From Botryllus schlosseri (taxonomy: Eukaryota), in NCBI GenBank assembly GCA_051294905.1, contig CM119372.1, positions 310,001 to 374,000 on the forward strand: a stretch of 64,000 nt of DNA. The letters run 5' to 3'. The position numbers and the translations under genes are program-made. Positions within the stretch are counted from its first letter, which is position 1, and each line of letters opens with the position of its first letter. Positions 1 to 14,796 of this stretch are shown here, one piece after another. The notes below the pieces were generated by a model. It ran no database searches. It was not told the DNA's origin and saw nothing but the letters and a program-made list of their open reading frames with translations.

Positions 1-1527
1 CGTTGAAGTCTGATGGTGGTAGATGGAATTCAGAGGAAACCTTTTTCCTAGCAAGTCATGCATGATGCAGTTATTCAATGTATTGTGACTTGCCCGGACT
101 GTGGTTCAACAGGCAGGGGCTATTGGCAAAATATCCAGCAAGGCTTTGCCACAGAGATTAGCATCGGAGTGTCGTGCTGCAAGAAAGAAATTTTTCGTCG
201 GTTCACCTCATCAAAAGAGATGATGTTGAACAGGAAGACAAAAAGCATTGTCATCACCAGATCAACACTAAAATGGAGCCAGTATTATGATAATGCCATC
301 GTAAATGGTGCACCAGATGCACAGGAAGCATCGAGGAAGTGTGGGCAATACTGATGCCCAACAGCTCAACTCCAGAAGAACCGATGCACGGCAATTGTGA
401 TGAAAGGAGGTGCTTTTATTTGAAGGTAAAACTTGAAGATGCTACCGATCCAATCCGCAAGTATCCGCTGACATCCAAAATGTATCAAATGGTCAAACCC
501 GACTTCAAGGACCTTGCAAGTATTGAGCTTTTTTCAAATTGCATGACCTTGCAAATGCAGAATGCTAAGGGTTATGCAACTCTAATTAGTATTGGAGTGC
601 CATGATGAAATTGATGCTAAAAATTCTATGTTTGAAAGATCACGCGTGAAATATGGGTGAAGTATCTCCACTCACACTACCTGCAATCGGTATTTTGACA
701 ATATCGCAGTATTCTTGATATGTTGTTTCATCTTTACAACATCTAACTGATGTCCAATTCAAGGTCTGTAAATTTTTCGAATCTGGGATAGCAGTTTTGA
801 GTAAAAAATCATCAAATCACTCATACTTTTTATGACTGATTTTGCATTTAGGCACATTCAATTGTCTTCAAATTTGGCTATGTACTGAATAAAGCATGCC
901 TGTACCATTTAAAAGCAACAGATTTCAAATACCTGCTCTACTTTTTCAATAAAATATTTTTCAATTTTCAAAGTTGATTTTCTCCTATTTCTAGTTTTTG
1001 TTAATATGGTGTCACGGGGAAAGCGAATTTTGATATCAGAAGACCTTCAATTCTGATCAAACTTGGCTCAGTACAAGCAGTAGGGCTGTTCTACCTGCTG
1101 AAACTATTGTTTCTTCTATAAGAGTTTTAGTTTACTTACTTTGCTACTTATGATCTGAATTTTATGAAAAAAAATCGAAAATTCGGCACCGTACCAGTAC
1201 CAAACACATATTTCGTAAAATTTTTCGAAAAATCGGAAGTTTCAAGCGTTTCAGCAGGTGCTTAGAGGCCTTAGGACACTTTATGAAGCATTTTTTAGGA
1301 TATCTCGGCATCCATCGAAGAGACAGGCGTTTCCCCGTGCTAACCGTCCGATTCACCAATCTCCCCCCCAATTCGGGCCCAAGGAATTTTTGTAAAATGC
1401 TGAAATTTTTACAGTGTATAAAGTTGAGTATAAATAGTTCACATACCTATTTTTGAGAATCTAGGACTGACTGTTCAGGAAATATCGCAATTTGAAAATT
1501 TTGTGTGTCTAGCAGTACCTTACCCCC
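1..1527 (+). mobile_element. Right-hand part of a decayed Kolobok-type DNA transposon (transposase remnant ~1-605)
   Basis: Frameshifted peptides SQYYDNAI..., WAILMPNSSTPEEPMHGNC and VKPDFKDLASIELFSNC resemble the YYG.AI / WA...H..ST...P.H..C / F.DL....LL..C pattern of Kolobok (Mutator-like) transposases. The element ends CCCCC|TTAA at 1523-1531. Confidence 0.55.
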
Positions 1528-2767
1528 TTAAGGTCTGTCAAATATGCTTTAACGGAAGTATCGCTGAATATAATTAGGATACCGGGTGTCCGTGGTTCCG
1601 TTCACACCGCAGTTGCCTATATCAAATATTTCATCACTGTAAGTATGGCCCCCCATACCGTTTGAAACTATCGTTTCTAAATCTTGCAATAACCTATTAT
1701 ACCTAGCAGCCCATTACGAGTCCTAATCTGGAAAAGTGGGCATTGCCTTTTTTAACGTTAGACCTATTTTAGCAGAACACCGTTGAAACTTTCTGGACAA
1801 AAGACATGAAATATATTTTCCGCTATTTAGAAGTATAATTTGTATTTGTCTTTCAATGACGAGTATTATCAGTTGAGTTCTAATCATAGTTTCAGTTTTT
1901 TTGTCTGGAAAACATAGATGTTGAAGTATAAAAGCAAGTGCATGTGGTCATGGTCATGGGTTATATTTTCTGAAAATAAAGCTACACACTATATGGCAAT
2001 TTCACTATCTGCCATATATTTAATTAACGTGTAGCCTACTAATTTTACAATGTTTTAAAGCCGTATCCGACACAAATTCTCCGTATTTGCTCATCGACTG
2101 AACTTGCGGCCTTATAATATGGGGGAGGGTGCCATGCCATATTATCTAAAGCGGGGTGTTCGAGTAAACAAAGAATTAGTATCGCATTCAAAATCAATAC
2201 TATCATTTAGATCCCGTCTTATGGACGACAGCTTATTCTGTCAAACATTGACGCCTCCCGCAGTCCTGGGATACATCAATATGAATCAAGCTCTATTCCT
2301 CGTACCTCAACTTGCAGCTTTTGACAGTCCATGCGAACGAATTACGACCGTTTTCACAACTACTTACTTACTTGAGTAGATTTAAAGTCAGTCAATTCTA
2401 CTTCTACTTCAAGTAGTTTTAGGTTGCTTACGAAAGAAGTACTTCTAATCGTAGTTGAGTAGAATTTTTCGTCGCTACTTCTACTTCTACTTGAGTAGCT
2501 TTCTTGATTACTTTGACCACCTCTGAGTACACCAGACAACGAAGAAACAATATATGCAGCAGTTTAACAATGTCTCATGCAACATAAAAATCATAATGTT
2601 CAACTCGTACAAGTCGTTTTGCAATCCGCGATCTCATGTCCGCAGTCTGATTTCAATGAACGATCAACATGTCATCAAAATGTCAAAATGATACAATGTC
2701 ACTAGCCGACAGAAAACATGGGGGGGGGGGGGGGTCTGCTGATTGGAGAAACTGACCAACATAACGG

Positions 2768-3099
2768 TAGGGTTCCATGCGTCCGTAATTGAAAGTGTCC
2801 TTGGAGGACGCCCGGATGTCCTCTTTTTCGAGAATTTTTCGACTTTTTTGAAATCTTTGGTTTAATATAGGAGAAAATTGGACCGAAATACGAAATCAGC
2901 ACTCAAGTAACGGTCCGGCAGGTTATTTCATATAAGTGGCTATTTCAGAAGTCGAGTCGGAATGATCACCTTTTTTTTAGTCAACCAACTACAAAGTCGA
3001 AAAGAATTTACCAATTTTTCCGGATTTTACTCCGTTTTATAAGTCTGAAAATTTTGAAGAAGCGTCCTCTTTTCACAATCCCAAAATATGGTCACCCTA
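2768..3099. mobile_element. hAT-Blackjack-type MITE
   Basis: TAGGGTT.CCAT...ATGGTCACCCTA termini. Relatives lie at ~12600-12898, 17767-18207 and 58979-59355. Confidence 0.7.
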
Positions 3100-3560
3100 A
3101 CTAACGGGCCAACCTTTAGGAAATTGCAACTTGCGGCGCCTTGGTCGCAACGTTTGGTGAAAATTTGATGGAGATCTTCGACGATATATGCATTATTTGG
3201 GGGTTTACGTGATATGAGAAACCAATTTTTAGCAATCATTTTAGCGGAGAAATTTTGCAGTTCATATTTTCCTCGCTGTTCGTCTTGACAGATTCAGCAG
3301 TTCATCCTAAAAAATAATGCCATGAAATGTTTGTTTGGTTTTAAGTTTTTTTTTCTTCAATATCAAAAATTCGCGTTTTTCACTTCGATTAATTTAGATG
3401 GATGAATCACGAACTTTTCAGCATTTTCATCATTCCTTCAAAAATAAACTTTGAAAAATGGCGCTTTGCTTATTACAAAAATAGCACATACATTCTGCGT
3501 CGGGAATTACATTCTCGTCCGCCTGATATAATCGCTCCACTCCCTTCGCGGGTTAAAGCG

Positions 3561-4570
3561 AAGGGATGGTGTGAACCTCTAAAAGATTCAGGCTCGTGTG
3601 AACGCGAACGTTTTTGAAAGGTTCTGTGTGAACGCGAACGTGAACCTCATGACGTCACGTGACGTCATATTGCTAATTCCGACCCAACATTTCAGTGAAG
3701 TGATAGCCTATATTAATGTACAGTGTACACGATTCCTAGCGACGACTTGGGTCATATAATGCCCCAATGCTGGAGTACATATTGACGTTTTAAGCGTCGC
3801 CAAATGTTTCAACTTGGGAAATCAAATGATATAATAATCCCATTAAATCAATATCTTCCGTCACTTTGCCAACAAATTCGGCGAGGGCTTACAAGGGAAC
3901 ATAAGCTTACTCCCTAACGGTCTATAGGCCAGACCGGACAATGTATTCGGGGACTGAGTATTGCTACGTTGATATTGAGCAAAGTGTATAACGGATTTAT
4001 GTGCTTGCCACCGATATTAATCATTTAACAAGTTATATACGCCAGCAGCCAACACTCCAATCGCTTGGATGCGGTTTTTATGATACAATAAACATATCAA
4101 ATCAAGATTGACCCCGTACGCCTGCTAGATTTTTTACATCAGGTCACGATATCAATTTCATTGATTGGTTGAATAAGGATCATTCGGTGACTACCTACCC
4201 CCTACATGTAGTGTATTTCGCTGTTGATGTTGTGTGATTGCTGGTCAAGCTCACAGCAGAGAGTCACAAAATATTCACAAACGGAATTCGAGCAAACTTT
4301 TGTAACAATGCAAGTAAATTTTTGAAATTGTCAAGGTGGATGCTCGTTTAGTGTTGATTTGTATGCTGCCAGCGGCATGCATAGAGGGGTCCGCAGTTGA
4401 AATGCGATAAATTTCAACCAAAGATGTTATATATTCAAGCGATAATTGTAATATATGAAAAAGGTTCACAGTGCAGAACCTACAAATGTTCGTTTGTGAA
4501 CGTGAACCTCTAATTTTCCGAGGTTCACACACAGAAAGCGAATGTGAACCTCTCGTTCACACCATCCGTA
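3561..4570. mobile_element. Non-autonomous TIR element (GGATGGTGTGAAC family)
   Basis: TIR GGATGGTGTGAAC...GTTCACACCATCC with internal GTGAAC repeats. It is colinear with the interrupted copy at 16791-20141. Confidence 0.75.
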
Positions 4571-4972
4571 AAGGATATGACTACCGATCCATTCGGGAAC
4601 GGACTATTTACTATTTCCGAACACAACCTCATACTTTCACGCGAATACCTTATTCGTGCGGTGTGACACACCATTTGCTTACAGTTGTCTAATTATTGAA
4701 AGATTAGATCTCGATTGCGATTATGAATTATTGCGATTCTTCTTACATTCATATCACCGCGCAATTTACTTCTCACCACCGTATAGTTAGTTGCCAATCG
4801 ATATTTTCGGTTTTTATATTCATGGCATCTCCGTGTAATATAACCTACCCATTCCGGTATTTTAATTTCAGAATATATTTTTTTAAACCTAATCCATACA
4901 TTTATTTTGACGATTATACCTTTCACCTATTCATTCGTGGTATGACTTCATATGTAAGTCATGAGACATTAA

Positions 4973-7660
4973 AGGTCAACTGCATGTCGGAAAAGACTTT
5001 TGCTTATTTCGTAGATTATGTGGTTAGGAATAATAAAAAAATAATGAAAAGGAAAAATGCGTGATAGTTTTCAAGTAATTTAAATTACAAATCGAGATTC
5101 CGAAAAACGGACCCGAAATCATCCAGCCGTGAAATGACGTCAAGTAGTTGACACAACAAAAATTCTTGTTATTCCTGTTGGCTGTTAGGTGGGATTCGTT
5201 GCATAGATTTGCTGTGGATTTGAGTCATTGAGTGAGATCATGAAGGCTGTGAAGGAGGTGATTCATAGAGTCAGATGTTATGTCGCGTATGGTTGCTCCA
5301 ATACGCAATATGCCGTGCCTACAATGTCTTTACATCGCTGCCAAAATCCATCCGTATACCGTCAGGTGACCGGACGCCGCGACCAAAAGTGCGGACTTAA
5401 TAGACAACCAGAGGCAGAGACATTTTCAATGACGTATCCGAGATACGAAACGTGCAATAAAGTTGACTGCTGACCACGGAAACTCTCACACTTAGTGCCG
5501 ACGTACTGCAGCAGTGCCGTTCATACTTTATTTTCACGCACCAGTGAAATTGTGGTAATGGCAGAGGATCGCACTTCTAAAGCTATGCAAAGTGTCCAAA
5601 ATCGGTTAGTGAAAATGTACTGTGTTAGCTGGTATTGTAAGAGTGTAACTAACCGTTTATAGTAGCATTGACTGTGGTACGGTAGTCATCAAAGTAGTTA
5701 TTGTTTACACTCATGTGCATGTGCAATCATCATCATCATCATCATTGGTTTATAAGCAATTTTATCAGTTCAATACACCACAAAAAATGCGATACAATGA
5801 AAAGTCAGGAAGATGTCTAAGCAACAAGGAGTAGTCTATGGAAGAACTAGGGCGGCATGTCATGGGAAGCGAGATCGATAGATCAGTCGTGGTCCGGTAA
5901 TCTTGAGGATGGACTGTATATAGGCAAATAACTGAAATAAGTATGCCTTGAAAAACTTTGAGTAGAAGTGTACGTAGTCTGAAATAAAGCCACTTAAAAA
6001 TCAATCAAGAAAGAAGATGTATAAAGGCATTAGTTAACAGGAGTCTGTAACCTGCTGACTTCATGATCTATAATGGTTATGTCGCAGAGCTCATTTTATT
6101 GGAAGAGTTGCTATTACTTTTGAAAATAAACTTCTGTTTGTGTACATGTGTAGTCATATAATCATATTAGTTACTTAAGTTACTGAATGAAGACTGTCAG
6201 ATATCAGTGACTAAATCTCTCAAGATATCGACAGCTCAGTAAAAGATTAAAACGTATCACTATCACCATAGCAGTCCAAAAGTTGGGTAGGATGCAGTTG
6301 GAAATCCTTCATTTTTATGATACTTCGGAACAGCATTTGGTACACTGCCTTTGATTCGACTTTATTATAAAAATCTGCAATGTTTTTACACCTGCTTTAG
6401 ATTCCTGCAATGAAGAAGTCGACGCATGTATTCAAGCAAGACCAGATACGGCGGAGTCGACCAAGTCAATTGCGATGGCTTCCACATTCAACTAGCGGCA
6501 TCGTGAAAATTAGTTGAAGCCATTGCTGGACAAAAGAAGCTATTGTTGGACACAAAACTACATTTCTCTCCCTGACACAGTAGTACTGTTGATGGATTGG
6601 TTGTTGCATTTATTATTTTCAATACAATTATTCCTTCGCGAAGCATTGCAAAATTGAAATCCTTTGAAAATACTAGATGTGAATTTTGATCGGATGTACA
6701 GACAGGATTTCTCGTTCGTTTGTGTTGCAGAATCCCAATGGCCAGCAAACAAAACTTCGTACACAGTATTTCTCAGCTTCCTGAAAAGCATAATTGTTGT
6801 GTAACTGACGGGTAATTACTTGGCACCCGACTCAACGTTTCATGTGAATGAGACTCATTCGCTCATGCATCGAACTAGATGGTATAATTATATGACAATA
6901 TTCCTGATGATATCTATAGTGAGATATCTCTCTGATTGAGCTACTGATTGAAATCCTGGTAATGCTGTGATGCACTAATAATTCGTTAGTTGCTCTCCCA
7001 CTAATAGTTTGCATAAGTTGGCAATAACCTCCATCCTCTATCCTGTAATTGATAATACCAAGATTAATAACTGAAAAGAGGTAGGGTACTCCACCAAATT
7101 ACACATACCGGTGTATTTCATTGGGTATAGACAAGCGGCTTCAGCTGAACAAGCTAGGCTGATCATACTATATATTACTAACCTCCTTAGGTTATTCATC
7201 AATAATCATACTCAGACGACCACTCGTTTTCGGAGCAGTAAGGAGTTCCACTGATACGGGATTGAGCTCATCAACACTTGATACGTGTTCACTGTTCAGT
7301 TTAAACATTACTTTCGTAAGCAAGGGCAAAATGCATACTTACATTCGTCATCTGAGTAATCGCACTCACTTGGTGAATCCATTACAAGCGAAACCTCCGC
7401 GATAACTAACTAATATAATCGCCCTGCTACTGAAAAAGCAACAGCCCTATAGCATACATCCGCAGCGGCCAGAAGAGATGTCAACTACATGACGTCACAA
7501 TGAACATTTCGCTTTTTCTGTAAACATACCAATATTGGGACTTTCAGTCCAAATTACGGCAATTTCCGATTAGTTTGAAATACGGAAAGTCGGCAATTTC
7601 GGTATGAAAAAAAATTCTGAACATGATGAGGCGAAGTTGTTTATAAGATGCAGTTGACCT
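4973..7660 (+). mobile_element. Kolobok transposon, internally deleted (THAP remnant on +, KolX/P2X7-ballast-like remnant on -)
   Basis: TTAA flanks at 4969-4972 and 7661-7664, with a 13-bp TIR AGGTCAACTGCAT. THAP-like RCYVAYGCSN...SLHR at ~5270-5340. Minus-strand CITALPGFQSV (~6945-6975) and RKLRNTVY...SCLYIRSKF..IFKGF (~6650-6790). Confidence 0.75.
5727..5915 (-). mobile_element. 3' end fragment of the L2/Crack-type LINE, inserted in the Kolobok element
   Basis: Matches the 3' UTR and (ATG)n tail of the copy at 35968-37110, with an internal deletion. Confidence 0.8.
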
Positions 7661-9399
7661 TTAACTTTTGCGCGTATTTAAGCGCTAATTTTTTACCTTT
7701 TATAACTATACCACGAATGTGAATTCGATACACGATAGATTCGTGAGCGACTTTCCGGTCGACTATAGCATAGCATTCCACCGCGATTCTATATGATAAT
7801 TCCGCGGCAAAATCAACTCTTTTTAACCGAGAATTTAGATTTCGGGTATGAACTATTCATTATTAAAATATGCCAGCAGCACTGGGAATGTGGATTTTAT
7901 AAGCCACTTTATTTTACATAATGTTAATTCATCTTATCAAGTATTCGTACAACCATAGCCTTTATATGGGCTATGGTACAACCTCGCTTTTGCTACAATC
8001 TCTCATTATGGTGATTTGATTTTAATCACATTTTAGCGTTACTGAAAACTCAGCGTTCTGCTGGAATTTACATAAACACGGAGGTTATTTCCCACCTTTT
8101 TAACATTAACGTCATCACATTTTTCATACTATAGGTCTTTGACATATTCGCGTTGGCTACTTCTAATTACCTTTACCTAAATAAGGGCGCTTTAACATGT
8201 TGAACAATTGTTTTTTCATTATTTTGTCCTTATATACTTACCCGCGATAATGTCATCTGAACACTATGCAGATTTTACAACCAAGCTACATGCGATACAT
8301 ATATATTTTACCTGCAATGTCGTTCGGACTAGGGTTGGGACTTCGGGATCAAATTTGAAATCCCGGGATCAGGATTTCCCTGGATTTTCGCTCCTCAATC
8401 CTGGGATTCCCCGGGATTAGAAAAGTAGTAAAATACACATACAAGTTACACAAATAACATTTAGTCCTTGTGATATTGAATTGACGCAAAGCATATGAGC
8501 ATCAAGAGTATCATCGTTTAGATCAGGGGTCTCAAACTCCAATTTGCTCGCGGCCAATTTCGTAGTTTTTGATGACGCGTAGGGCAGCAGCATCAATTAG
8601 GGGTATAATATGTATTTCCCAGTACGCCTTTTTGTCGGACCTTGCAGATTGGCATTCCATACACATTGCGAAAATGTAATACACTATTGTAATATTCACG
8701 GATGCCACGTCAATTTTTCTGCACATGCGGAAAAGGCAATCTAACCGCTTCATATCTGATAAATAAGCAAATTACAATGGAACCAATCTTTACATTGCCG
8801 ATGAGTAGGCTATATAGGTTAATTGTCACGTTATATAATGTAGGAGCTCTGGCTCCATCTCTCTCCTATCTGTTATGGTATAATGCTATATCACGTGACT
8901 TATCGCTGGTATATTACCTAGCGCGGGGCCTACAATAATAGGCCCGGCCGAGCGAACATCGTAATTGACTCAGATTAGATACGAGACTCATGTACGCTGT
9001 ACTTACTGCTTAAACTATCCGAATTACTATCCACCTGTACAATATATCTGGAAAAGGCAATATTGTCGTATATTTGAACTGCCAGTCAAGAACTACACAG
9101 AACACAGGACGTTCGTGTCAGCTACTGCGGAAGTGCCAGTTAAGTATAAACTGCGTAAGCTGATATCTGTAGACCACGGACATGCCGTATACTATCGCAG
9201 ACTAACGGACGGCCATATACCTATCGCAATAATACGCTCCTTGTGAAGCATCTTCCCAACATCAAATTACCCCGCAAAACCTGAGCACACTGCCTGAACT
9301 TCAACTTGCATTGCAACATTTCGTCTCACGATTTGTTGTTCACAAATTTAGATGGGTATTCAGTCAATTTGGAAGCAATGAAACATGCAATCTCATTGA

Positions 9400-9657
9400 A
9401 GAACAGTTATCAAACATCCTGTTTTTTAAAACGGTGTTTCCACAAAATTGGTGGTCTTATTTCAAATCCTGACCTATATCATGATAGGCACAAAAGCGAT
9501 CCGAGTTGCATTGCCATTTGTATCTCCATGTGAAGATAGCTTCTTTGTTTTGAATGATATTAAAAGCTGTGCTCGAGAGAGACTGCTTGAAATTGACGAC
9601 AAAATACGGGTGTGTCGTCAACAATCCAATGCAGCTTCGTTTCAGTCGCATTTATGA
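9400..9657 (+). pseudogene. hAT (Charlie-type) transposase C-terminal dimerisation-domain remnant
   Basis: KAIRVALPFVSPCEDSFFVLNDIKSCARERLLEIDDKIRV matches the A...LPF.(STY.)CE..FS....IK...R.RL motif. A Charlie-like left end CAGGGGTCTCAAAC lies at 8524. Confidence 0.6.
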
Positions 9658-10177
9658 TCGTACAAATCAGCATAGCCATCGCATTACCACGTATTTTTTT
9701 CTCAAAAAGCACATTTTTTGTAACGTTTTATAATTTTATAGTGTATATATATATCGACTTTTCAATTAGAGTAAAATGAAAAGGGCAAAAGAAAACAGGA
9801 AACAAAAAAAACATCAAGATAATCAGTTTTAGGCTCGTATTAAGCGTCTCCAACGTAGGCGGTCGTGGGCGTCTTCAAGCGACAGCCCGCGTTGCGCTAG
9901 GTCAGTCTCCATTGTCGAGCGCCATGTTTTCCGATTTATAGTGTACCACAAGCAAAAAAAATGGGAACCACATACTACTGACCTATACCACCTCGGAAAA
10001 GGGCTTTTTTTTTAGTAAATTCGCCATCAATCTGAATTGCCCCGTACGACGGTTACTGCCAAGATATTCTTGAAGAATATATAGATAGCTTCTACGCTTA
10101 TGCTATCAGGAGATGCGCGAGGTCAGAATTCCGCTGTCGAGCGAATCTTCTTTACAACATCAGCACTCACCTCTTAG

Positions 10178-11135
10178 CAGTGTTGGGATCAAGTCACTAC
10201 CTTCGAGTCACGAGTCATTTCGAGTCATTGCACATTTTGACTCGAGTCAAGTCAAGTCAATCGATTTTCGAAGGTGACTCGAGTCAAGTCAAGTCACTAG
10301 ATTTTTGGAGGTGACTCGAGTCAAGTCGAGTCAAGTCAAGTCAAGTCACGAGTCAAGTCACATTTCAAGTCAAGTTGCATTTTCGAATGCCTACGCCATT
10401 GCATTTTGCTAGCTGTCTGGAATACAGATTATCTGGTCATTGATTTTGAACCGATGAACGAATATGAAGGTAAATATAAACGTAGACGGCGCTGTATCGC
10501 TTACATATACGAAGAAATGCTGAACTACGCAAGTATAACGGCAAAGCCTCAGTATATAGTTACCAGCCAATATAGAGAATTGATAAGAAACGAATTGATA
10601 AGATGCAATACATTACCCATTTACAAATGAATATGATACCATTCGAGCCTGCGCCAATGGTCGAGGACTATATAAACTATCTTCAAATTTAATTTCAAGA
10701 AAGAGGTTTGGTTCAGGTACAGGAGAACAGTAATAGACATTATCCTATTAAAATACATTACCATACTAGTTTACGACAGCGTAAGCTATAAGCTTCGATC
10801 ACTTCGTAAGCGGTCAATTTATTTGTGAGAGAACAATGGAGGCTCAGTAAAACGCACGATCATTGAATGATTGGTCGCTCTCACGAGTTACACCAGCGTT
10901 TTGCGAACAATCCGATTGCAAGATACAGTGATTTTTATCGACATCGATTGCTTGATGACTTGAAATTGACTCGTGAATTTTGCTTCGAGTCACGAGTCAA
11001 TCCACATTTCCGATACGTCGAGTCAAGTCAAGTCAAGTCATTTTAACAAAGTGACTCGAGTCAAGTCAAGTCATACGAAAAAGGTGACTCGAGTCTGACT
11101 CGAGTCAAGTCATGACTCGAGTCATCCCAACACTG
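10178..11135. mobile_element. hAT MITE with GACTCGAGTCAAGTC subterminal arrays
   Basis: TIR CAGTGTTGGGA...TCCCAACACTG with a perfect 8-bp TSD CCTCTTAG. A second copy is at 52726-53498. Confidence 0.9.
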
Positions 11136-13725
11136 CCTCTTAGTGATGGACTCAAGAGACGAACAGATTTTCAAGCGTTGATTTCAATGATAGCTCTGCA
11201 CAGTTTTTTTCAAAATCCGAATACAATTAGAATGAATGAATATGCATCAACTTGGAAATTGATATCAACTCCAAATTAGTAAGGATACGGCAAAAATCAA
11301 GCTCACTTCATATGAAATTAGAGCAGAGGTGATCAAAGTAGTCAAGAAAGCCACTCAAGTAACAGTATAAGTATTGAATTGACGAAAAAATCTACTCAAG
11401 TACGAGAAGAAGTACTTCTTCCATAAGTAACCTAAAACTACTTGAAGTAGAAGTAGAATTGACTGACATTAAATCTACTCAAGTAAGGAAGTAGTTGTGA
11501 AAACGATCGTAATTTGTTGGCATGGATTGTCAGAAGCTGCGAATTCTATGCGAAAGGTGCAGAGCTTATGATGCATACCAGAGAGGTATCCAATTTTCGA
11601 CAGTGTAAGCATTCGTCCGCATCATGGGACAAGACGGACATGATCGAAAATAGATAAGTTTTCTTGGCGCAAGTTTTATGCACTGATTAGTGATTGTTTT
11701 TTGGTCTTACAAAATATAAACAGTTTTTCGGTAGCCTACGTAGCCTATTTACAAACTTGAAATGATATTTTCTGGACGTCGAGGGGACAAATTATCCGAT
11801 CGGAACTGATTCGACTTCAAGCGCGCCGCGATTTGTTCGTGTAGTTAAGGATTAAAATTTCAGGATTGGAGTGGATAGCGCTTTGACAATGTATTGATTA
11901 CTATGATCAGTTTACAAAAATCACGGCGATGTTTTTGTTATGTGTGTCTTTCGTTTTATGATTACGATTACTTTACAAGGTTCAAATGATAATTTGTGTT
12001 CACTACTGTCAACAACAATACGAACACATTTTTATAACTTTCGGTGTAGCACATATTTTCGATTTAATGTTATGGGTTTTGTCTATTAGGAAGTGTCTAG
12101 CAAACATATTCCAATTTGCTTTGGTAATGATCAAGGTGTTTTTGAAAAGTATGAAAGAACTAAGCATTCAATCAGGAATAGCGATGTGTCAATTCACATA
12201 GTGCGATATGTTGACACTTTGAAATGCGGGTATGTGTTTCAATTCCCCATCACAGATTCCAACAAAGTATTGTACCGGTGGTTGATCAACAAAAGACATT
12301 GTGGTTTCATCTTTAGTCTTGGTTACTGGAGACAATTACATTGCTCAAATATTTTCTGTTGTCTGCAATACAGCGACTGTTTTGTATCACCATGGATTCA
12401 TTTTACAATCAAAAACATTTTGACAATGTTAATTCAGACCTTCATATCTCTTATACTAAAATGATAATATGTTAATGTCAATTCGTGCGCACCGAGTAGG
12501 AATTACTTTGTTTATAGAATAGTAACCACTCTACAGCTGAATAATGAAATACGATCAATACAGCGGAGAATGATATGGGGGGTTGGATGTGGTGTTTGTT
12601 AGGGTTACCATACGTCCAAATCCTCCGGATTTGTCCTCTTTTTTGAAAATTTAGGTCAGATTTAGAGGAAATTGCGAGTGATATGCCGTAAATTAGCACA
12701 GAAGTGACGCTCCGGAGGGTATTTCGGAGTGAAAAACGGTGAATCTAGCTCTGAGCGAAAAGATGACCTTTTTTTAGTCATCCACCTAGAAATGTGGAGA
12801 GAAAAACGGTATTTTGAGCTCTGAGCGGACCGGTTTTGCAAGTCTCAAGTTTCTGAAAAAGTGTCCTCTTTTTAGATTTCCAAAATATTGTAAGCCTTTG
12901 TTTGTACAAGTTCAGTTTATCTACTTTTCATACGAATACACTTGTGCTATGTGAGCTACAACGGATTTAATTGACAGTGTTTTCGTAATTGAGTCTTTCG
13001 AGTGTTGAGATGTCGAGAGGAATAGAGTTTGCATTTCTAGTTTCGTGAAAAAATAACTAGTTCGTTAATAAAATTGCAAGCCGTAGGGTTTCGTGAGTTG
13101 TCATAAATCAATACGTGAATAAGCGGTAAGCACTATTCGTAATGACGACTATAACACATCGTCATGTAGGCTATGCAGATTTTGAATAATATTATTTTGG
13201 CATCGAGGTGACGAATTACCGCGTTCGACTACGATTCAAGTTGCATTGTGTAGTGAGTTTGATCGTGAAAAGGACTAACTCGCAAACGATTAAAGTTAGA
13301 ACATAAAGCGCCAAGTTGTTGGTTTTCGAATCTTGATGTCAAGGTGACAAATTTACGCGTTCCAAGACGATTCAACTTCAGTTGTGTAACGAGTGAGAAT
13401 TCGCTTTGCCAGAAGTACTATCTTGTCAGCAACCGAAGGATTTTGCAAACTATTTCACACCTATTTGGATAAGTGTTAACCTCTCAAAGGACTAGGGGTA
13501 GAACAGAAATAAGTGACGATTTATAGGTATTCAAGTCACCGACTGCCACGGTTCTGTTATTCGTTACGATTTTTTGATGACTCGACTTGACTCGAGTCAT
13601 TTTCTCAAAATACGGAAATGACTCGACTCGACTCGAGTCAATCTGTGTATTGACTCGACTTGGACTCGAGTCATTGCGCATGACTCGAACCAAGTCATAT
13701 GACTTGAAAGTCAGACTGTTTAGAG

Positions 13726-14629
13726 CAGCGGTTCTCAACCTTTTTGGACATGCGCCCCCTTGAGGATGGTCGAAAATATTGCGCCCCCCATGACCCTCCC
13801 CCTACATTTTTCGTCATGTCAAAAAGAGAACATCATCTAATACAGGTAGGCAACCTTTTTGCTAATCACGGCCCATTTCGATTACTCATGTAGCCTGAGG
13901 CCGCATACCAGGGCATAGCCGTAATGAACTAACTGGACGCGAAATACCTATGTTAATCTGTCCATATCCATTGCCGGTGAACTACGGAGTCCGGACGATT
14001 ATACTTTTACCAAAGGCCTTTTTTGTACGTACCGAAATCGCGAGTCGCAATGTTATGCTGGGATTGCATATTGTCGCGCCGAGCGCGAACATTTTTCAGA
14101 TTCACGAATGAATTGCGTAAATATTAGCAGCAGTATCACATATTATTATCAAATATTTATCCTCTCTTAGCGCATGTGATCAGATACACCGGTAGGGTTC
14201 ATTGAGAGAGTGCTTTTGAAAATTTAGGGCAAGATATAAATGATAATGCATCTTCGGGTGAGCCAAAAGTTATTAGCCACTTGGTTGCATGCTGTTATTT
14301 CTTGACCCCCGATCAGCGCACCGAACTTTAGGATACTGCAAAGCTATGAAGTAAGGAATGACTTACACGTGGGAATTGCTCCAAATTTTCAAAGAATATC
14401 AAAAATTTGCTCAAATGAGGTTGAAGTCAGCGTATACTCCGTTGAGCGCGAATGCTGGAGTTAGAATTTGGCGAGATTTCTCGAATACGAAATAAGTTTC
14501 ATCTTTAACAATCGTCTTCTCAGAATGATTGTGAAGCACATTTTTAGTCAGAATTCATACAGACGTGGTTAATTTCTCATGCCCCCCCCCTCTGAGAGTT
14601 TCCCGCGCCCCCCAGGTTGAGAACCCCTG
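13726..14629. mobile_element. hAT-Charlie-type non-autonomous element
   Basis: CAGCGGTTCTCAACC...GGTTGAGAACCCCTG, TSD GTTTAGAG/GTTTCGAG. Confidence 0.8.
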
Positions 14630-14679
14630 GTTTCGAGTCAAGTGTGGCCTACCTGTTTGATGCTGGTGTGATCAGACTA

Positions 14680-14796
14680 GATTATCTTCACGCGGTCTTA
14701 TCGGTCCTTCCTATTTAATACCGAATACTGTGCATGCATATTTTCTGTGCCACCAACACTGCCGTGTGTTATGTATTTTGGTTTGATGAAAATAAA

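Noticed and set aside
10195..11125. GACTCGAGTCAAGTC arrays as CRISPR-like repeats
   Set aside because: Irregular subterminal repeats of a TSD-flanked hAT MITE, with no constant repeat-spacer period and no cas genes.
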